Shown here: positions 22,950 to 35,556 of the stretch, in pieces
Numbering within the stretch: the first letter of the stretch is position 1
Layout: the number at the start of each line of letters is the position of its first letter
NCBI RefSeq assembly: GCF_006345805.1
Contig: NC_043021.1
Coordinates: forward strand, 3,224,001-3,288,000
Length of the DNA stretch: 64,000 nt
Source of the DNA: Octopus sinensis
Taxonomy: Eukaryota
Direction of reading: 5' to 3'
The notes under the pieces: model-generated
What the model was told of the DNA's origin: nothing
The model's database searches: none
The model's input: only the letters and a program-made list of their open reading frames with translations
Translations under genes and position numbers: made by a program

Positions 22950-23230
22950 TTTTGTCCATGTTGTGTGGGATGAAATTCATGATTAGGATCATTATCGGCG
23001 AAAACCTGCTGATCTTCTATAAGTGCCAACACCTTAGCAATAATATTTGTAATCAATTTAAGTGTTGCAGAAGGAGCTTCCATATCCTATCTGTATTTTC
23101 AGCTTGTTCTTTTTCTAGCGGCATCAGCTCCTCATTAGATAAACTTTCTTTCTTGGACACAAGCAACTCAGTCATATCATCCTCTATGACTTCTTCAAAT
23201 CCTACATCCTTTTCATGTGTCACTGTATCT
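22950..23230 (-). repeat. Second copy of Tigger segment 19829-20110
   Basis: About 280 bp with only a handful of differences. Confidence 0.9.
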
Positions 23231-23551
23231 GGCGTAAATGTAAACTCTTGTCCGAAGAATAAATATCATCAATAATTTCCTCAACTGCAAAGAGTCTGGG
23301 CCTTCGTCGTTTACAAGATGAAGTGTTGGATTCATCGCACTCTCGTTTCATCGCACAATCGAATTATTTTTTCCTATAAAAAAACAAAAAAAATTAGACA
23401 GCAGCTATCGGGGACACTATTTAACAATGAGTTATAAACACATTTGTCTACAAAGCTGCAACGGGATCAGTTGTCTACTTTTAGTATTTTATCTTAATTC
23501 CCAATTTAGCGGGAATCCAGCAATGATCCCTTTTAAGTTATTCCTGCTATA

Positions 23552-23966
23552 GGCGCAGGAGTGGCTGTGTGGTAAGTAGCTTGCTAACCAACCACATGGT
23601 TCCGGGTTCAGTCCCACTGCGTGGCATCTTGGGCAAGTGTCTTCTGCTATAGCCTCGGGCCGACCAATGCCTTGTGAGTGGATTTGGTAGACGGAAACTG
23701 AAAGAAGCCTGTTGTATATATGTATATATATATATACATATGTGTGTGTGTGTGTTTGTGTGTCTGTGTTTGTCCCCCTAGCATTGCTTGACAACCGATG
23801 CTGGTGTGTTTACGTCCCCGTCACTTAGCGGTTCGGCAAAAGAGACCAATAGAATAAGTACTGGGCTTACAAAGAATAAGTCCCGGGGTCGATTTGCTCG
23901 ACTAAAGGCGGTGATCCAGCATGGCCGCAGTCAAATGACTGAAACAAGTAAAAGAGTAAAAGAGTA
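23552..23966 (+). mobile_element. tRNA-derived SINE, family A, full length
   Basis: GGCGCAGGAGTGGCTGTGTGGTAAG head, B-box-like GGGTTCAGTCCC, internal (TA)/(TG) run and GAGTAAAAGAGT tail. Confidence 0.92.
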
Positions 23967-24578
23967 TAGTGGGAATACGGCTTGATATGGTTAAGGCATA
24001 AAAACTAGGTTCAAATAAGCAGACGAAAGAACTTATAGTTACGGAGATTTCATTTGATAAGTTTCAAATTCTGGAAGTGATAATTTTTGTATGCTATGCA
24101 GACATAGCAATCTGACAAATAGTTTGCTAGCCAGAGTGTTGTATTGCTTCTTGAAGTGGCTTTGGGTGTATTTTTAACTCAATAACAGGGACTTAAAAGT
24201 TTTGATCGTGTCCACTGTAAGAATGATATGCGTGTGAAGTTGTTTTGTTTTTGAAGCAGCTGTCAAGTATCCTCTTCTGGTTTCATGAGTTAAGTGGTGA
24301 CAGAGTGTAATTGTCTGGATGTATGTTGTAATTTGGAGAGGGGGAATGGGTAGGTTTGGGATATCAATGGAATTTAGCCTATGAAATATTTTAGTGAAAC
24401 TTGCAAGAGCACAGTGAGGACAGATAGGAACCTTCAAAGGCGCCTCAAAATGATTCTGAGGGACAATTTGCTCGACTGTGTCACAAGTGAAGAGATTCTA
24501 AGAAGTGCAATGTCACAGCCACAAGAGATTGTAGCACAACACTGATTCTGCCTAGCTAGATACATTCTCCATCTAACG

Positions 24579-24840
24579 CAGTGGTTCTCAGCCAGTTTTT
24601 GCCTGTGGATTCCTTTGATTCCTGTTTTACTCAGGTGGACCCCATAGCCGTTCGATGCTTTAAAAAATCCTATTATATCTTTATGATCCTATATTATTAA
24701 GAATTGTGTAAAAAAAAATTTTTTTTAATATTTTGTGCTTTGTAAAAGTATAACCAATTTATCCCACAAAGATTTTAACAAAAAAATCTTGTATGTACCC
24801 CCTCCCTAAGAGTCATGCAGACTCCAGTTGAGAACCCCTG
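24579..24840. mobile_element. hAT-type MITE
   Basis: CAGTGGTTCTCA...TGAGAACCCCTG with 8-bp TSD ATCTAACG/ATCTAACT. A related copy lies at ~42593-43047. Confidence 0.85.
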
Positions 24841-25519
24841 ATCTAACTAATCATTGGCACTCATTAGGTGGTACTTGAGTACCAGCTAATGGCAGGTATA
24901 AAAGGAGATAAGGCAGCGAGCTGGCAGAAACGTTAGCACGCCAGGCGAAATGCTTAATCGTCAGATTAAATAAGTACCAGTTACGCACTGGGGTCGATGT
25001 AATCGACTTAATCCGTTTGTCTGTCCTTGTTTGTCCCCTCTACGTTTAGCCCCTTGTGGGCAATTAAGAAATAGATATATATATATTACTTTCTAGTTGA
25101 GGTGAAATGCCTGAAATATTTGGGGGGTGGGAGAGGATGATAGTCGATTACATCGACCCAAGTGCTCAACTGGTACTTTTTTTATCAACCCTGAAAGAAT
25201 GAAAGGCAAGGTCGAGCTTGGTGGAATTTGAAAGCAGAACGTAAAACCAGAAGAAATATTGCTAAACATTTTGTCTCGTGTGCTGGCAGCTCAGCCCCTC
25301 AGATAATCCATTTTAATAAAAGAAGGGACAAGTCAAAGTTTCGAGAAATAATTGGGGTTTTTTTTCAGATTGGGTATTATCATTATTATTATCATTATCA
25401 TTTATGGTTTCTTTTCATTATAACTTTATGTCAGCTGCCTTAGTACTGGGCATCCTCCAGGGGCCAAGAGTAACAAGGGCACTGTTGTTTTGCCATGCAT
25501 GCTAAAATTATCGCCACAT

Positions 25520-26095
25520 TTATTCCATTTTAGACGGAGAGTGCTTTCCGTAGTCTATGGGCTGTCCCCATCAAGGTTATCTTTTGTAGTTCGTGGAGAT
25601 TGGAGTTACCAGGGAGTTGCTTAATATACTCCTCAGCTCCCTTCTTTATCATTCCCAACTCACCAATTACTACTGGTATTATCGTAGTACTTAGCTTCCA
25701 CATTTTTGTGATTTCAATTTGCAGATCTTTATAGTGAGAAAGCTTTTTGTATATGTTTTCTTGAGACATTTTGATCTTGTGGGACAGACATATCTATTAC
25801 CAGATAAGTTCCTCTGTTGTAGTCCTTGATCACAATGTCTGGTCAATTTTTCTGTCTGTTTGTATTGGGAAGTTCCAAGGGACAGTGATCCTCTGGATGG
25901 TGCCTGTACAACTTATCATGGGATTTAATTTTGTAGCATTCCAGTGGATGTACTGCCCTAGTCTGTCATGTCTTACAAGGGACTCCTTTCCAGTGAGGAC
26001 TGGGCAGCCAGAAACAACAAAATCAATTGTCTCTGTGAATTTTCTGCAAATTCTGCATGAGGGATCGGATCCATCTTTTGTTCTTGTTTTGTGAT
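25520..26095 (-). pseudogene. RLE-type (R4/Dong/NeSL-like) non-LTR retrotransposon C-terminus
   Basis: ETIDFVVSGCPVL...RHDRLGQYIHW, then YKDLQIEITKMW...PVVIGELG...LQKITLMGTAHRLRKAL. Confidence 0.8.
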
Positions 26096-26934
26096 TGTGT
26101 TGGTATGTGCATGTTTGTGTGTGTGTGTTAATTGTTAAAAATATTCATTTTTCAATAATATGTTTTAGTTACCACAGTAACAAAAAGCACATTATTGAAA
26201 ATATTCTATGGTGGCTTTGTTTCATTCGTCAACAATAGTAAATTCTGCAATAAAAAACAAACTTTCCCCATGTCTCTATGCAGCCAGAAATATAGTTCTT
26301 TGTCTCATTATTCAATAAACAGCTGTCAAACAAACAAACAAACAAACCTCTTAAAGGAAAAACAAAACAAAACAACCCTTCCTAAACCTCCCCATACAAA
26401 AAGTCAAAACAACAGGTGGCCAGACATCTCAACTCCCAAGTCCACTTACTCTTGTCCAAACCCTAGACACAAGGAAGCAATTTATTATAAATATTTGAAA
26501 TCTGGATATTTTTCAACAGCTGACATCCTTCACACACACACACACACACAAATGAATACACACACACACACACACAAATGAACGCATATAAGATGAAGAC
26601 AAGTAACAAAATTCCCACGTAGCAGGGTTGATAATTAAGAGATTCCTCTTACATTAAACAATTGGTAGTCTTGTTGACCCACAAATAAAAAATATCTATT
26701 CACCAACAGTGTTGAGCGCTCAAACTCAATGTTCAATATTAGTGTATATATATATATATATATATATAGGCACAGGTGTGGCTGTGTGGTAAGAAGCTTG
26801 CTTCCCAACCACATGGTTCTGGTTCAGTCCCTCTGTGTGGTACATTAGGCAAGTGTCTTCTACTATAGCCTCAGGCCAACCAAAGCTTTCTGAGTGGAAA
26901 CTGAAAGAAGCCTATTGTGTATATATATATATCA

Positions 26935-27225
26935 TCATCATCATCATCATTTAGCGTCCGCTTTCCATGCTAGCATGGGTTGGACGGTTCAACTGGGGTC
27001 TGTGAAGCCAGAAGGCTGCATCAGGCCCAGTCTGATCTGGCAGTGTTTCTACGGCTGGATGCCCTTCTTAACGCCAACCACTCCGTGAGTGTAGTGGGTG
27101 CTTTTTACGTGCCACCCGCACAGGTGCCAGACGGAGCTGGCAAACGGCCACGAACGAATGGTGCTTTTACGTGCCACCAGCACGGGGGCCAGGCGAGGCT
27201 GGCAACGGCCACGAACGGATGGTGC
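26935..27225 (-). mobile_element. (GAT)n-tailed SINE-like repeat, family D
   Basis: (CAT)n-TTAGCGTCCGCTTTCCATGCTAGCATGGGTTGGACGG. Other copies lie at 31620-31832 (+), 33377-33620, 46270-46505 (+), 49083-49400 and 52003-52125. Confidence 0.85.
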
Positions 27226-27319
27226 TATATATATATTAGAAAATATAAGGTACTCAGAAATCTGGATGGTTTTATATTCACAGATTTTTATTAATATGTC
27301 ACACATTTTTATAAGTGAT

Positions 27320-27360
27320 ATATTAGTGCTTGCATCCACTCTAGTGGATTCTTCAGATAT
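27320..27360 (-). ncRNA. Decayed minimal hammerhead motif
   Basis: ATAT-CTGAAGA-ATCCAC[TAGA]GTGGAT-GCAA-GCAC-TA-ATAT; GAAA reads GCAA. Confidence 0.6.
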
Positions 27361-27978
27361 GTATGTATATGTATATATTTATGTGCGTGTGTGTGTGTGT
27401 GTATTGTGCCTGTATTAGTACTGCCACCATCACTTGACAACCTATTTTAGTGTGTTTATGTCCCCGTAACTTAGCAGTTTGGTAAGGAGAGTGATAAATT
27501 AAGTGCTTGGCTTACAAAGAATATGTCCAGGTGTCAATTTCTTTGACTAAAAAACCCTTAAAGGCAGTGTTCCAGCATGTCTGCAGTCAAATGATTGAAA
27601 CAAGTAGAAGAATAAAAGAATATATATATAAATGTATATATTTCATTTTTGGATTAGGTTTGCAAGATTCTTTATGTGAATTCATGTGTTGAAGCATATT
27701 CTGTTGTGTCAGGGGAGAGTCATTCTGTTTTGGTGCCTTGTAATTTAACATACTCATTGGTAAAATTTCCACTTAATTCTTTTTTATTTTTCTAAAATTT
27801 TCGTTGCGTCTTGCAACCTTTTCAATAGTTTTGACACAGAACTACTGAAAAAGTTACAAGACGCAACGAAAATTTTAGAAAAAAAATATAAAAAATAAAT
27901 AAGTGGAAATTTTACCAGTGAATGTGTTAAATAATAAGACACCAAAAGAGAATGAATCTCTTCTAACACAACAGTGTA

Positions 27979-28023
<45 letters not shown>

Positions 28024-28199
28024 CAGGAGTGGCTGTCGTAAAAAGCTTGCTTCCCAACCACATGGTTCCAGGTTCAGTCCCATTGTGTGGTACCTTGGGC
28101 CAGTGTCTTCTATTATAGCTTCAGGCCGACCAAAGCCTTGTGAGTGTATTTGCTTGGCGGAAACTGAAAGAAGCCTGTCTTATATATATATATATATAT

Positions 28200-28575
28200 A
28201 CTCTTTTACTTGTTTCAGTCATTTGACTGCAGCCATGCTGGAGCACCACCTTTAGTCGAGCAAATCGACCCCGGGACTTATTCTTTGTAAGCCCAGTACT
28301 TATTTTATGGGTCTCTTTTGCCGAACCGCTAAGTGACGGGAACATAAACACACCAGCATCGGTTATCAAGCAATGCTAGGGGGACAAACACAAACATATA
28401 TATATAAATATATACGACGGGCTTCTTTCAGTTTCCGTCTACCAAATCCACTCACAAGGCATTGGTCGGCCCGGGGCTATAGCAGAAGACACTTGCCCAA
28501 GATGCCACGCAGTGGGACTGAACCCGGAACCATGTGGTTGGTAAACAAGCTACTTACCACACAGCCACTCCTGTG
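28200..28575 (-). mobile_element. tRNA-derived SINE, family A
   Basis: Colinear with 22212-22607. A head-only copy lies at 28024-28180 (+). Confidence 0.9.
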
Positions 28576-28639
28576 CCTATATATATATATATGTATGTAT
28601 GTATTTGTGTGCCTGTGTTTGTTACCTCACCATCGCTAT

Positions 28640-28920
28640 GCGTCAAATTCATCTAATGAATATAGTTGGTAGAATCATGTTGAGTACCTGAAACCAATAT
28701 CATTTGAGCAGACAGTTTAAGTGCCGAACCGTATAGTAATTCTGCCAGGGAGTAACCGAGGTCTTCCTTAACAGCTGTACATAAACACCGTAACACAACT
28801 GGCAGGGCATCTACCCAATTCAGAATGTGCTGGTAAAACTGCTTTAAGCTGTCACTGAAAACATTCTGTCCTTCTGTTAGATGAATTTGACGCATAGTTA
28901 ACAGGTTAGATAGGTCAGTA
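28640..28920 (-). pseudogene. Gypsy integrase remnant
   Basis: WVDALPVVLRCLCTAVKEDLGYSLAELLYGSALKL aligns with WIEFLPIVLLGCRTAVKADLGFSAAELLYGTTLAL at 7.8 kb. Confidence 0.8.
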
Positions 28921-29579
28921 AAAAGACTAGATTCAAACTGACAACCTCTGTTGGTCATTATTGCCATGGTAATGCACTAGAGGACATATTTTCTGAATGT
29001 AAACAAAGTGATTTATAACTGTTAAGAAGAAAATCTCCAGAAAAGTTTATACTATATTTTGAATTCTTTATGAATGCGTTGATAACAGAACACAACACAA
29101 GGAATTCAAAAATTGTATCACCACAGATATATATTTCTTTACTACCCACAAGGGGCTAAACATAGAGGGGACAAACAAGGACAGACAAAGGGGTTAAGTC
29201 GATTACATCGACCCCAGTGCATAACTGGTACTTAATTTATCGACCACGAAAGGATGAAAGGCAAAGTTGACCTTGGTGGAATTTGAACTCAGAACGTAAC
29301 GACAGACGAAATACTGTTGCGCATTTCGCCCGGCGTGCTAACGTTTCTGCCAGCTACACCTGTACATATTGTTGTAAAAAAAATCTATCTGCCTACCTAT
29401 CAATCACTTTCTCCCTAATAATTTCGACCCCATCTTCTCTCTCTAGCGTGTGTGTGCTTTCCTTTTCCATTTCTTTCACCGATTCCACTATTCCTGTATC
29501 GTTTCTTTCTTTGTTTTCCTTTCTCCCCTTCCTCTCTCTTTCTATAGTTCTACATTTGAGTTATTACTTCCCTTGATGT

Positions 29580-29838
29580 GTCATCTCTTGTGAAAGGTAG
29601 GAGAGTCCAGTTTGCTGGACATTGTTGTAGAGCTGAAAAAGAGGTAATTTCTACTCTTCTCCTCTGGAAGCCATCTACTCGCAATACCAGAGGGCGCACA
29701 CTCTCCTACCCTGATGTAATCTCCAGGGATACAGGCATCCAGCAACAGGACCTCCGTAATGCCATGATGGACCGTGAAGTCTGGCGTAGCATGGTAAATT
29801 CCATTGTCTCGACCACGGTCGAACAATGATGATGATGT
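29580..29838 (+). mobile_element. 5'-truncated RTE-like LINE 3' end
   Basis: RRVQFAGHCCRA...MMDREVWRSMV...EQ* followed by a (TGA)n tail. Nearly identical to 53033-53292. Confidence 0.85.
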
Positions 29839-30534
29839 AAGCGTAACACACGGAAAAGACAAACATGGGAAAGCAGAAAAATATTAGAAAGATGTTTGGA
29901 TTTTGCTTTGCGTTTGTAAGAGTGGAGTCCAAGTCTCATCCAGAGAGCTCAAAAAACAGCAAGTTAGAAGTTCCAGTGGGCATAGTGACTGGAATGGTTG
30001 ATAATTGCCATGTTTTGGAGGGAAGAACATAATTTGGTGAGAGGGATTTGTGTTTCAATGTTGTGCCTTGGGTCCATAAGAAGTGTTGTTTTAGAAAATG
30101 AGCTTCTGGTGATATGTAAAAAATTATTGTTCTGGAATTATAAAGACAGTATTTTTCATAGGATATGAGCAGTGCCCACGAATACTATTTTCTGAATGTC
30201 TTCCATCTTTAGATTCCTGGGATTTGAGATAAATAATAATTGGCCCTTTGCGTTATTATTCCTAGGGCATCTAAAACCATGGATAGTGTTTTAGTCTTGA
30301 GTTTCTTCATTTTGCCAATTTATATTTCATGATTATTATTGGTAGATTCAACTTTGAACTTTGTTTCCATTTCTTACTGAGTGTCTTCATGACACCTAGG
30401 GCAAAGAAAATCACTGTATACATTGGTAGGCCATTAAAATAAACACACTAGGTTGTTCATGCATAAAGTTATGTGATATGAAAAAAAGGGGAAAAAGATA
30501 CCAGGTAAATCTTTTGCACCTCTTGCATGGGTAA

Positions 30535-31025
30535 TAAACCAGGGATCATTCTCAAATAGTTTTCAGTTCCTTTTTTGATCATTCCAAGTGCTCCTACAAT
30601 CACTGGTACTGTATGTAACTGCCTTGAGATGCCACATTTTTATTAAATTACAATGAGCAAATCTTTATATGATCACAAGGAATGCTCACGTTGATCAATA
30701 AACAGATTTTATTGCTTTGGTCTTTCATAACAATATCTGGTTCATTAGCCTTGGTGGTTCTGTCTATATGCACTGGAAAGTCCCTGAGAATCATTACCTT
30801 TTCTTCTTCAGTTACAGTTTCAGGGTGGCGCTTATCCAATTTGTCAACAGCTTTGATTTTATAATGCCAACATATTAACCAGTGTAGATATTGACCAACT
30901 TTGTCATGTCTTGAGTTATACTCCATTGGAGTTAAAACCTTAAATCCAGAGATTAGGTGATTTACTGTTTCAATCTCCTTGTTGCAAAATTAGCACTTTG
31001 GGTCTACTTCATGTTTCATCACATT
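30535..31025 (-). pseudogene. RLE-type non-LTR retrotransposon C-terminus
   Basis: CCHC-like ETVNHLISG, RHDKVGQYLHW, ANEPDIV (PD nuclease motif) and VPVIVGALG. A further fragment lies at ~30150-30320. Confidence 0.8.
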
Positions 31026-31030
31026 GGCTT

Positions 31031-31238
31031 ACTCTTTTACTTGTTTCAGTCATTTGACTGTGGCCATGCTGGAGCACTGCCTTTAGTCGAGCAAATTGAC
31101 CCCAGGACTTATTCATTGTAAGCCTAGTACTTATTCTTTTGGGCTCTTTTATCGAACCGCTAAGTTACAGGGACGTAAACACACCAGCATCGATTGTCAA
31201 GCAATGTTGGAGGGACAAACACAGACACACAAACAAAT

Positions 31239-31277
<39 letters not shown>

Positions 31278-31450
31278 AATATACATGACGGGCTTCTTTC
31301 CGTTTCCGACTACCAAATCCACTCACAAGGCTTTGGTCAGACCAAGGCTATAGTAGAAGACATTTGCCCAAGATGCCACCCAGTGGGACTGAACCCGGAA
31401 CCATGTGGTTGGTAAGCAAGCAACTTATCACACAACAACTCCTACACCTG
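31031..31450 (-). mobile_element. tRNA-derived SINE, family A
   Basis: Colinear with the other family A copies, with CpG-decay type changes. Confidence 0.88.
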
Positions 31451-31869
31451 GTAATTCTGGGTCAATAAGCTTTGATCTTGAGCAGCTGAGATGGAAACTT
31501 CACTCCCTGCCTTTAGCCCTGAGCTCAATAGCCACTGACAGGCATGCTTCTGGCCTACATCAGTTTGTTTGCCACACAGTTGTTATTATGGACCACACAG
31601 TTGTTATTATTAAGTGGCAGCTCTGTCTGGTACCTGTGCGGGTGACACGTAAAAAGCACCCACTACACTCAAGGAGTGGTTGGCGTTAGGAAGGGCATCC
31701 AGCCGTAGAAACACTGCCAGATTTGACTGGGCCTGATGAAGCCTTCTGGCTTCACAGACCCCAGTAGAACCGTCCAACCCATGCTAGCATGGAAAACGGA
31801 CGCTAAACGATGATGATGATGATGATGATGATGGCAAACATATTGTCAATTAACATAGATTAACAATTA

Positions 31870-32740
31870 TTACAATCACAATATATAAAAACAATTGTTT
31901 TATTAATTAAACGGATTGCTTAAAACGGTAACAAAACACATTGAACATGAAAGAAAAACATTATGGACATTAGAACATTGAAAAATATTTCTAGAACTTA
32001 ATAATGATCCATTGTCTGTGGAATGTAATAAATTGTTTGGCAACTTGCCCAGTAGAATTTTATATAAAGATTTTGTTCTGTTTTCTTTTGTCTGTTTGTT
32101 TTTTTTCTTTTTAAAACACGAAAGCTCTTACTCTCAGGCCTACAGCTATGTGCTTGTCCGTTCCCTTGCAGTAGAGCCATTTGAGTGAATATTAAAAAAT
32201 GCTAATTAAGACTTTTTTTTAAAAATGCCATTATTGACAATGTTTCGACGAAAAGGCAACACACAACTGTTAATTTTAAAGAGTCAACAAGTGAAAAGTT
32301 ACGTAATATTCAAACAGAAAAAATATCACAAAAGATAACGAGAAACAAGGAAACATTTAAATACAATGTACAATGGTCACTTGTAAAATGTTTTCTCAAA
32401 CAACACATAAAAAAATGGGGGGGTTTTTAACAGAAATGTTTGTTTTTAACAGAAATATAAATAAACAATATTCAATTATCATTTTGTTGCTAACACCAAG
32501 ATATGGGGAATGAAAATGGGGAGGAGGAAAAATAACTGACGATGCAATATGAAAAGTGTTTTTTTTTTTTGTTTCAATGTAAACAAGAAAAACATATACA
32601 AAGAGAAACTTGTTTTAACGATGTTATAACGAATGAAAAATCATAAATGAACAAGACTTCCATCTTTTATTTAACAGCCATTTGAAAATATTTCCAGGCA
32701 GACCTTTTTCGTCTCCGTCTTCTCCAGAAGTTCTTTTGTT
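31870..32740 (-). other. Candidate terminal 3'-UTR exon of the zinc-finger gene
   Basis: Strong acceptor TTTTTCTTTTCTTGCAG| (AG at 32742/32741), U-rich sense sequence and AATAAA at 31904-31899. The 3' end is approximate. Confidence 0.55.
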
Positions 32741-32806
32741 CTGCAAGAAAAGAAAAACACTGGATTACTGAAATGTTCTACCATAAGATACAGAATAAGC
32801 AAATAA

Positions 32807-33330
32807 GTTAGTTAGTTAGTTAGTTAATTTTTTGGCTCAAAAGCAAAAAGCAAGGCCATGTAGGGAGACATGGAGTTATGTACAGGGTGGTGTTCATGTA
32901 AAGAGTTCAGGCCACTTGAGGTCAAGGGAGACTTTGAACAAAGCGGTTGTGGGCATCTTCACCATCTCGTCTGGCAGCTTGTTCCACGGATCCGCAACCC
33001 GGACGGAGAAAGCTCCTCTCCTTCGATTGAGATGAAATCGTCGCAGGTAGGGCTTTTCGGAATGACCCCGCAGCCGACGCTCTGGAGCAGGAGTGAAGAA
33101 CAGCTCTTTCGAGAGGTTACACTTTCCGCTTATGATGTTGCGAGCGAGAATGAGATCACCACGGCGGCGGCGTTTTTCTAGAGAATAAAGGTCGAGTGTC
33201 TTCAGCCTTTCTTCATAAGACAAATTCTTGAGACCATGAACCATGCGGGTAGCCAGCTTCTGGACTCTTTCGAGACACTGTATGTCTTTGAGGAGATAAG
33301 GAGAAGAGGCTTGAATCCCGTAAGGAATAG
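32807..33330 (-). mobile_element. 5'-truncated CR1-clade LINE 3' end
   Basis: LERVQKLATRMVHGLKNLSYEERLKTLDLYSLEKRRRRGDLI...RGHSEK...FSVRVADPWNKLP with a (CTAA)n tail. Confidence 0.9.
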
Positions 33331-34431
33331 AAACAAGAACAAATGGCTTTGTGATAATTAATGGGGGAGTCATCATCATCATCATTTAACATCTGTTTTC
33401 CATGCTGTCATAGATTAGAAAGGAGCTTGAATGGAGCTGGCCAGCTAAGGAACTACCCAGGCTCCATGTCTGTTGTTGCAAGGTTTCTGCAGCTGGATGC
33501 CCTTCTTAATGCCAACCACTTTACAGAGTGTGCTGGGTGCTTTTATGCGGCACTGGCTTCGATGCATTTACATGGCACTGGTACAGGGGCTTTTCAAATA
33601 GCCCCAGCACCAACAAGCCAGCAAGATTAGGGACGTTCAGCTGGAGAGAGATGCAGAAGACATGCAAGGACCACCTCAGTTTTACGTGTCTTCTGAAGTA
33701 CAGCAAACCACCAAGAGTCTCCATCCCTTGTCATCCCCTCTGTGAGGCCCAACATCTGAAGATCCTTTTTCACCACTTTGTTGCATGTCTTCCACATGTT
33801 CCCTCCATGTGGAGGGAACCCTTCCACATGTTCCCTCCACAATAGAGATCAGCAGTTTAAGGGTTAGTAAGTTGGAAAAAAAACCCCCAAAAAAAAAACC
33901 CTAGTATTGCCAGGGAAATGGCTTTACCTGATATGCATAAAAAGGAGTGGGTAGGAACTACATATGATGTGCCTAGTGTAAACAAACCTTTCCGTTATAG
34001 GGACAAGGCTTGAAATTTTGGGAGAGGGGTACAGTCGATTACATCAACCCAAGTGCACAAGTGGCACTTATTTCACTGACCCCCAAAGGATGAAGGACAA
34101 AGTTGATGCTGGCAGAATTTAGAGATGGATGAAATGCCGCTAAGCATTTTGTACAGTGTGCTAACAATTCTGCCAACTCACTGCCTTAGCCTAGAGTAAA
34201 CAACAGAAGCAGGGAAAGTGTACTGGAATCAGAGGCAGGCTAACACAAAAACAGGCTTTGTATGTGGCAGATGTACTGAAGCAGTTCACAGAAATATGTT
34301 CTATCAAATGGTTGGCTGGCTCATTAGAAGTTGTTGATAGCTTCTGTTACCTAGGTGATATAATTAGTTGGGGAGATGATTGTTCTGAAAGAATAATGGC
34401 CAGGGGCTGAATAAGCTGCAAAAAAGTTTAA

Positions 34432-34652
34432 CCCTTTCATTACCATTTTTATTTTGAGATGTTCTGTGTTTCTTCCAATTATTTTAAATATAACAAAGAA
34501 TTTAGTAAAATAACTTAGTTATCATTCATCTAGTGTTAGGAACATAAATTGTGACTAAGGTTTGGTGGAAGATTTTAATTCAAAACTAATGAAAACAAGA
34601 CATTTATACTAAAGAGCCAGAGCCGGTTTCAACCGGGTTGGTAACGAAAGGG
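34432..34652. mobile_element. piggyBac-like MITE, 221 bp
   Basis: TTAA|CCCTTTCATTAC...GTAACGAAAGGG|TCAA; inverted homologue of 42736-42956. Confidence 0.85.
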
Positions 34653-35468
34653 TCAAACCAACCACATCCAGCCCAAATGTTGTCTCAAATAAGCACCTGT
34701 CCAACTTGTGCTGGCATAGAAAATCGTCACTGTTTAACATCCAATTTTCCTTGGCATGGGTTGGCCGGTTTGACAGTATCTGAAGAGCTTTGGGGACTAT
34801 ACCAAGCCCCAATGTCTGCTCTGCTATGGTTTCTACAGCTGAATGTCCTTCCTAAAGCCAACCTCTACACAGAGTATACTGGGTGCTTTTTACATGGCAC
34901 CAAGACTAGTGAGGTAATTAGTAATTTGCAAGACAAGATCCCACACAACTGAAGTATCCTCAGCTTTATGTTCTTTCTGTCCATGCTCCTGGAGAACCCA
35001 AGTGACAAAATTACAATGCTGACAGTTCAAATACTTCAGACATTCATCATCATCATTGTCGTTTAACGTCTGTTCTCCATGCTAGCATGGGTTGGACTAT
35101 TCACAGAAAAGACAAATAAACTTTCTGCTCTCATGTTTTTGAGGGAGGTGGTTTTTTGGCCAGTGATGAGAGGTTAAAGTGGCTGAGGCACAGAAATAGG
35201 TGTCTTGCAGTAGAGGAGATATATAGCTACCCCAGTTGGAAAAGAAGGGAAGATAGCAAAGAGATGTCAGCACATACCCTTAAGTTACAGGAAGGTGAAT
35301 ATAAGAGAAACTGGTTCAGAGGATTGGACGGAATGAATGGAACAAAAAGACAAACAAAACAAGGAACGTTAAAACAAATGAAGGGAAACAATTTATGAAT
35401 AGAGCAACTTAGCTGGGGTACGCATAAAAAAGATTTTTTAGAAAAACAAAGATGTGAGCATTAAAACT

Positions 35469-35477
35469 GCTTACCTT
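35469..35477 (-). other. Consensus splice donor downstream of the stop codon
   Basis: Minus strand AAG|GTAAGC with the exon end at 35475, 82 nt after TAG. Confidence 0.55.
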
Positions 35478-35556
35478 TTCAATGGCCTGAAGGAGTCTCT
35501 TCATATATTCCAAGACAGTGAAATATAAATATACAGATAAATAAATAATTCAAATT

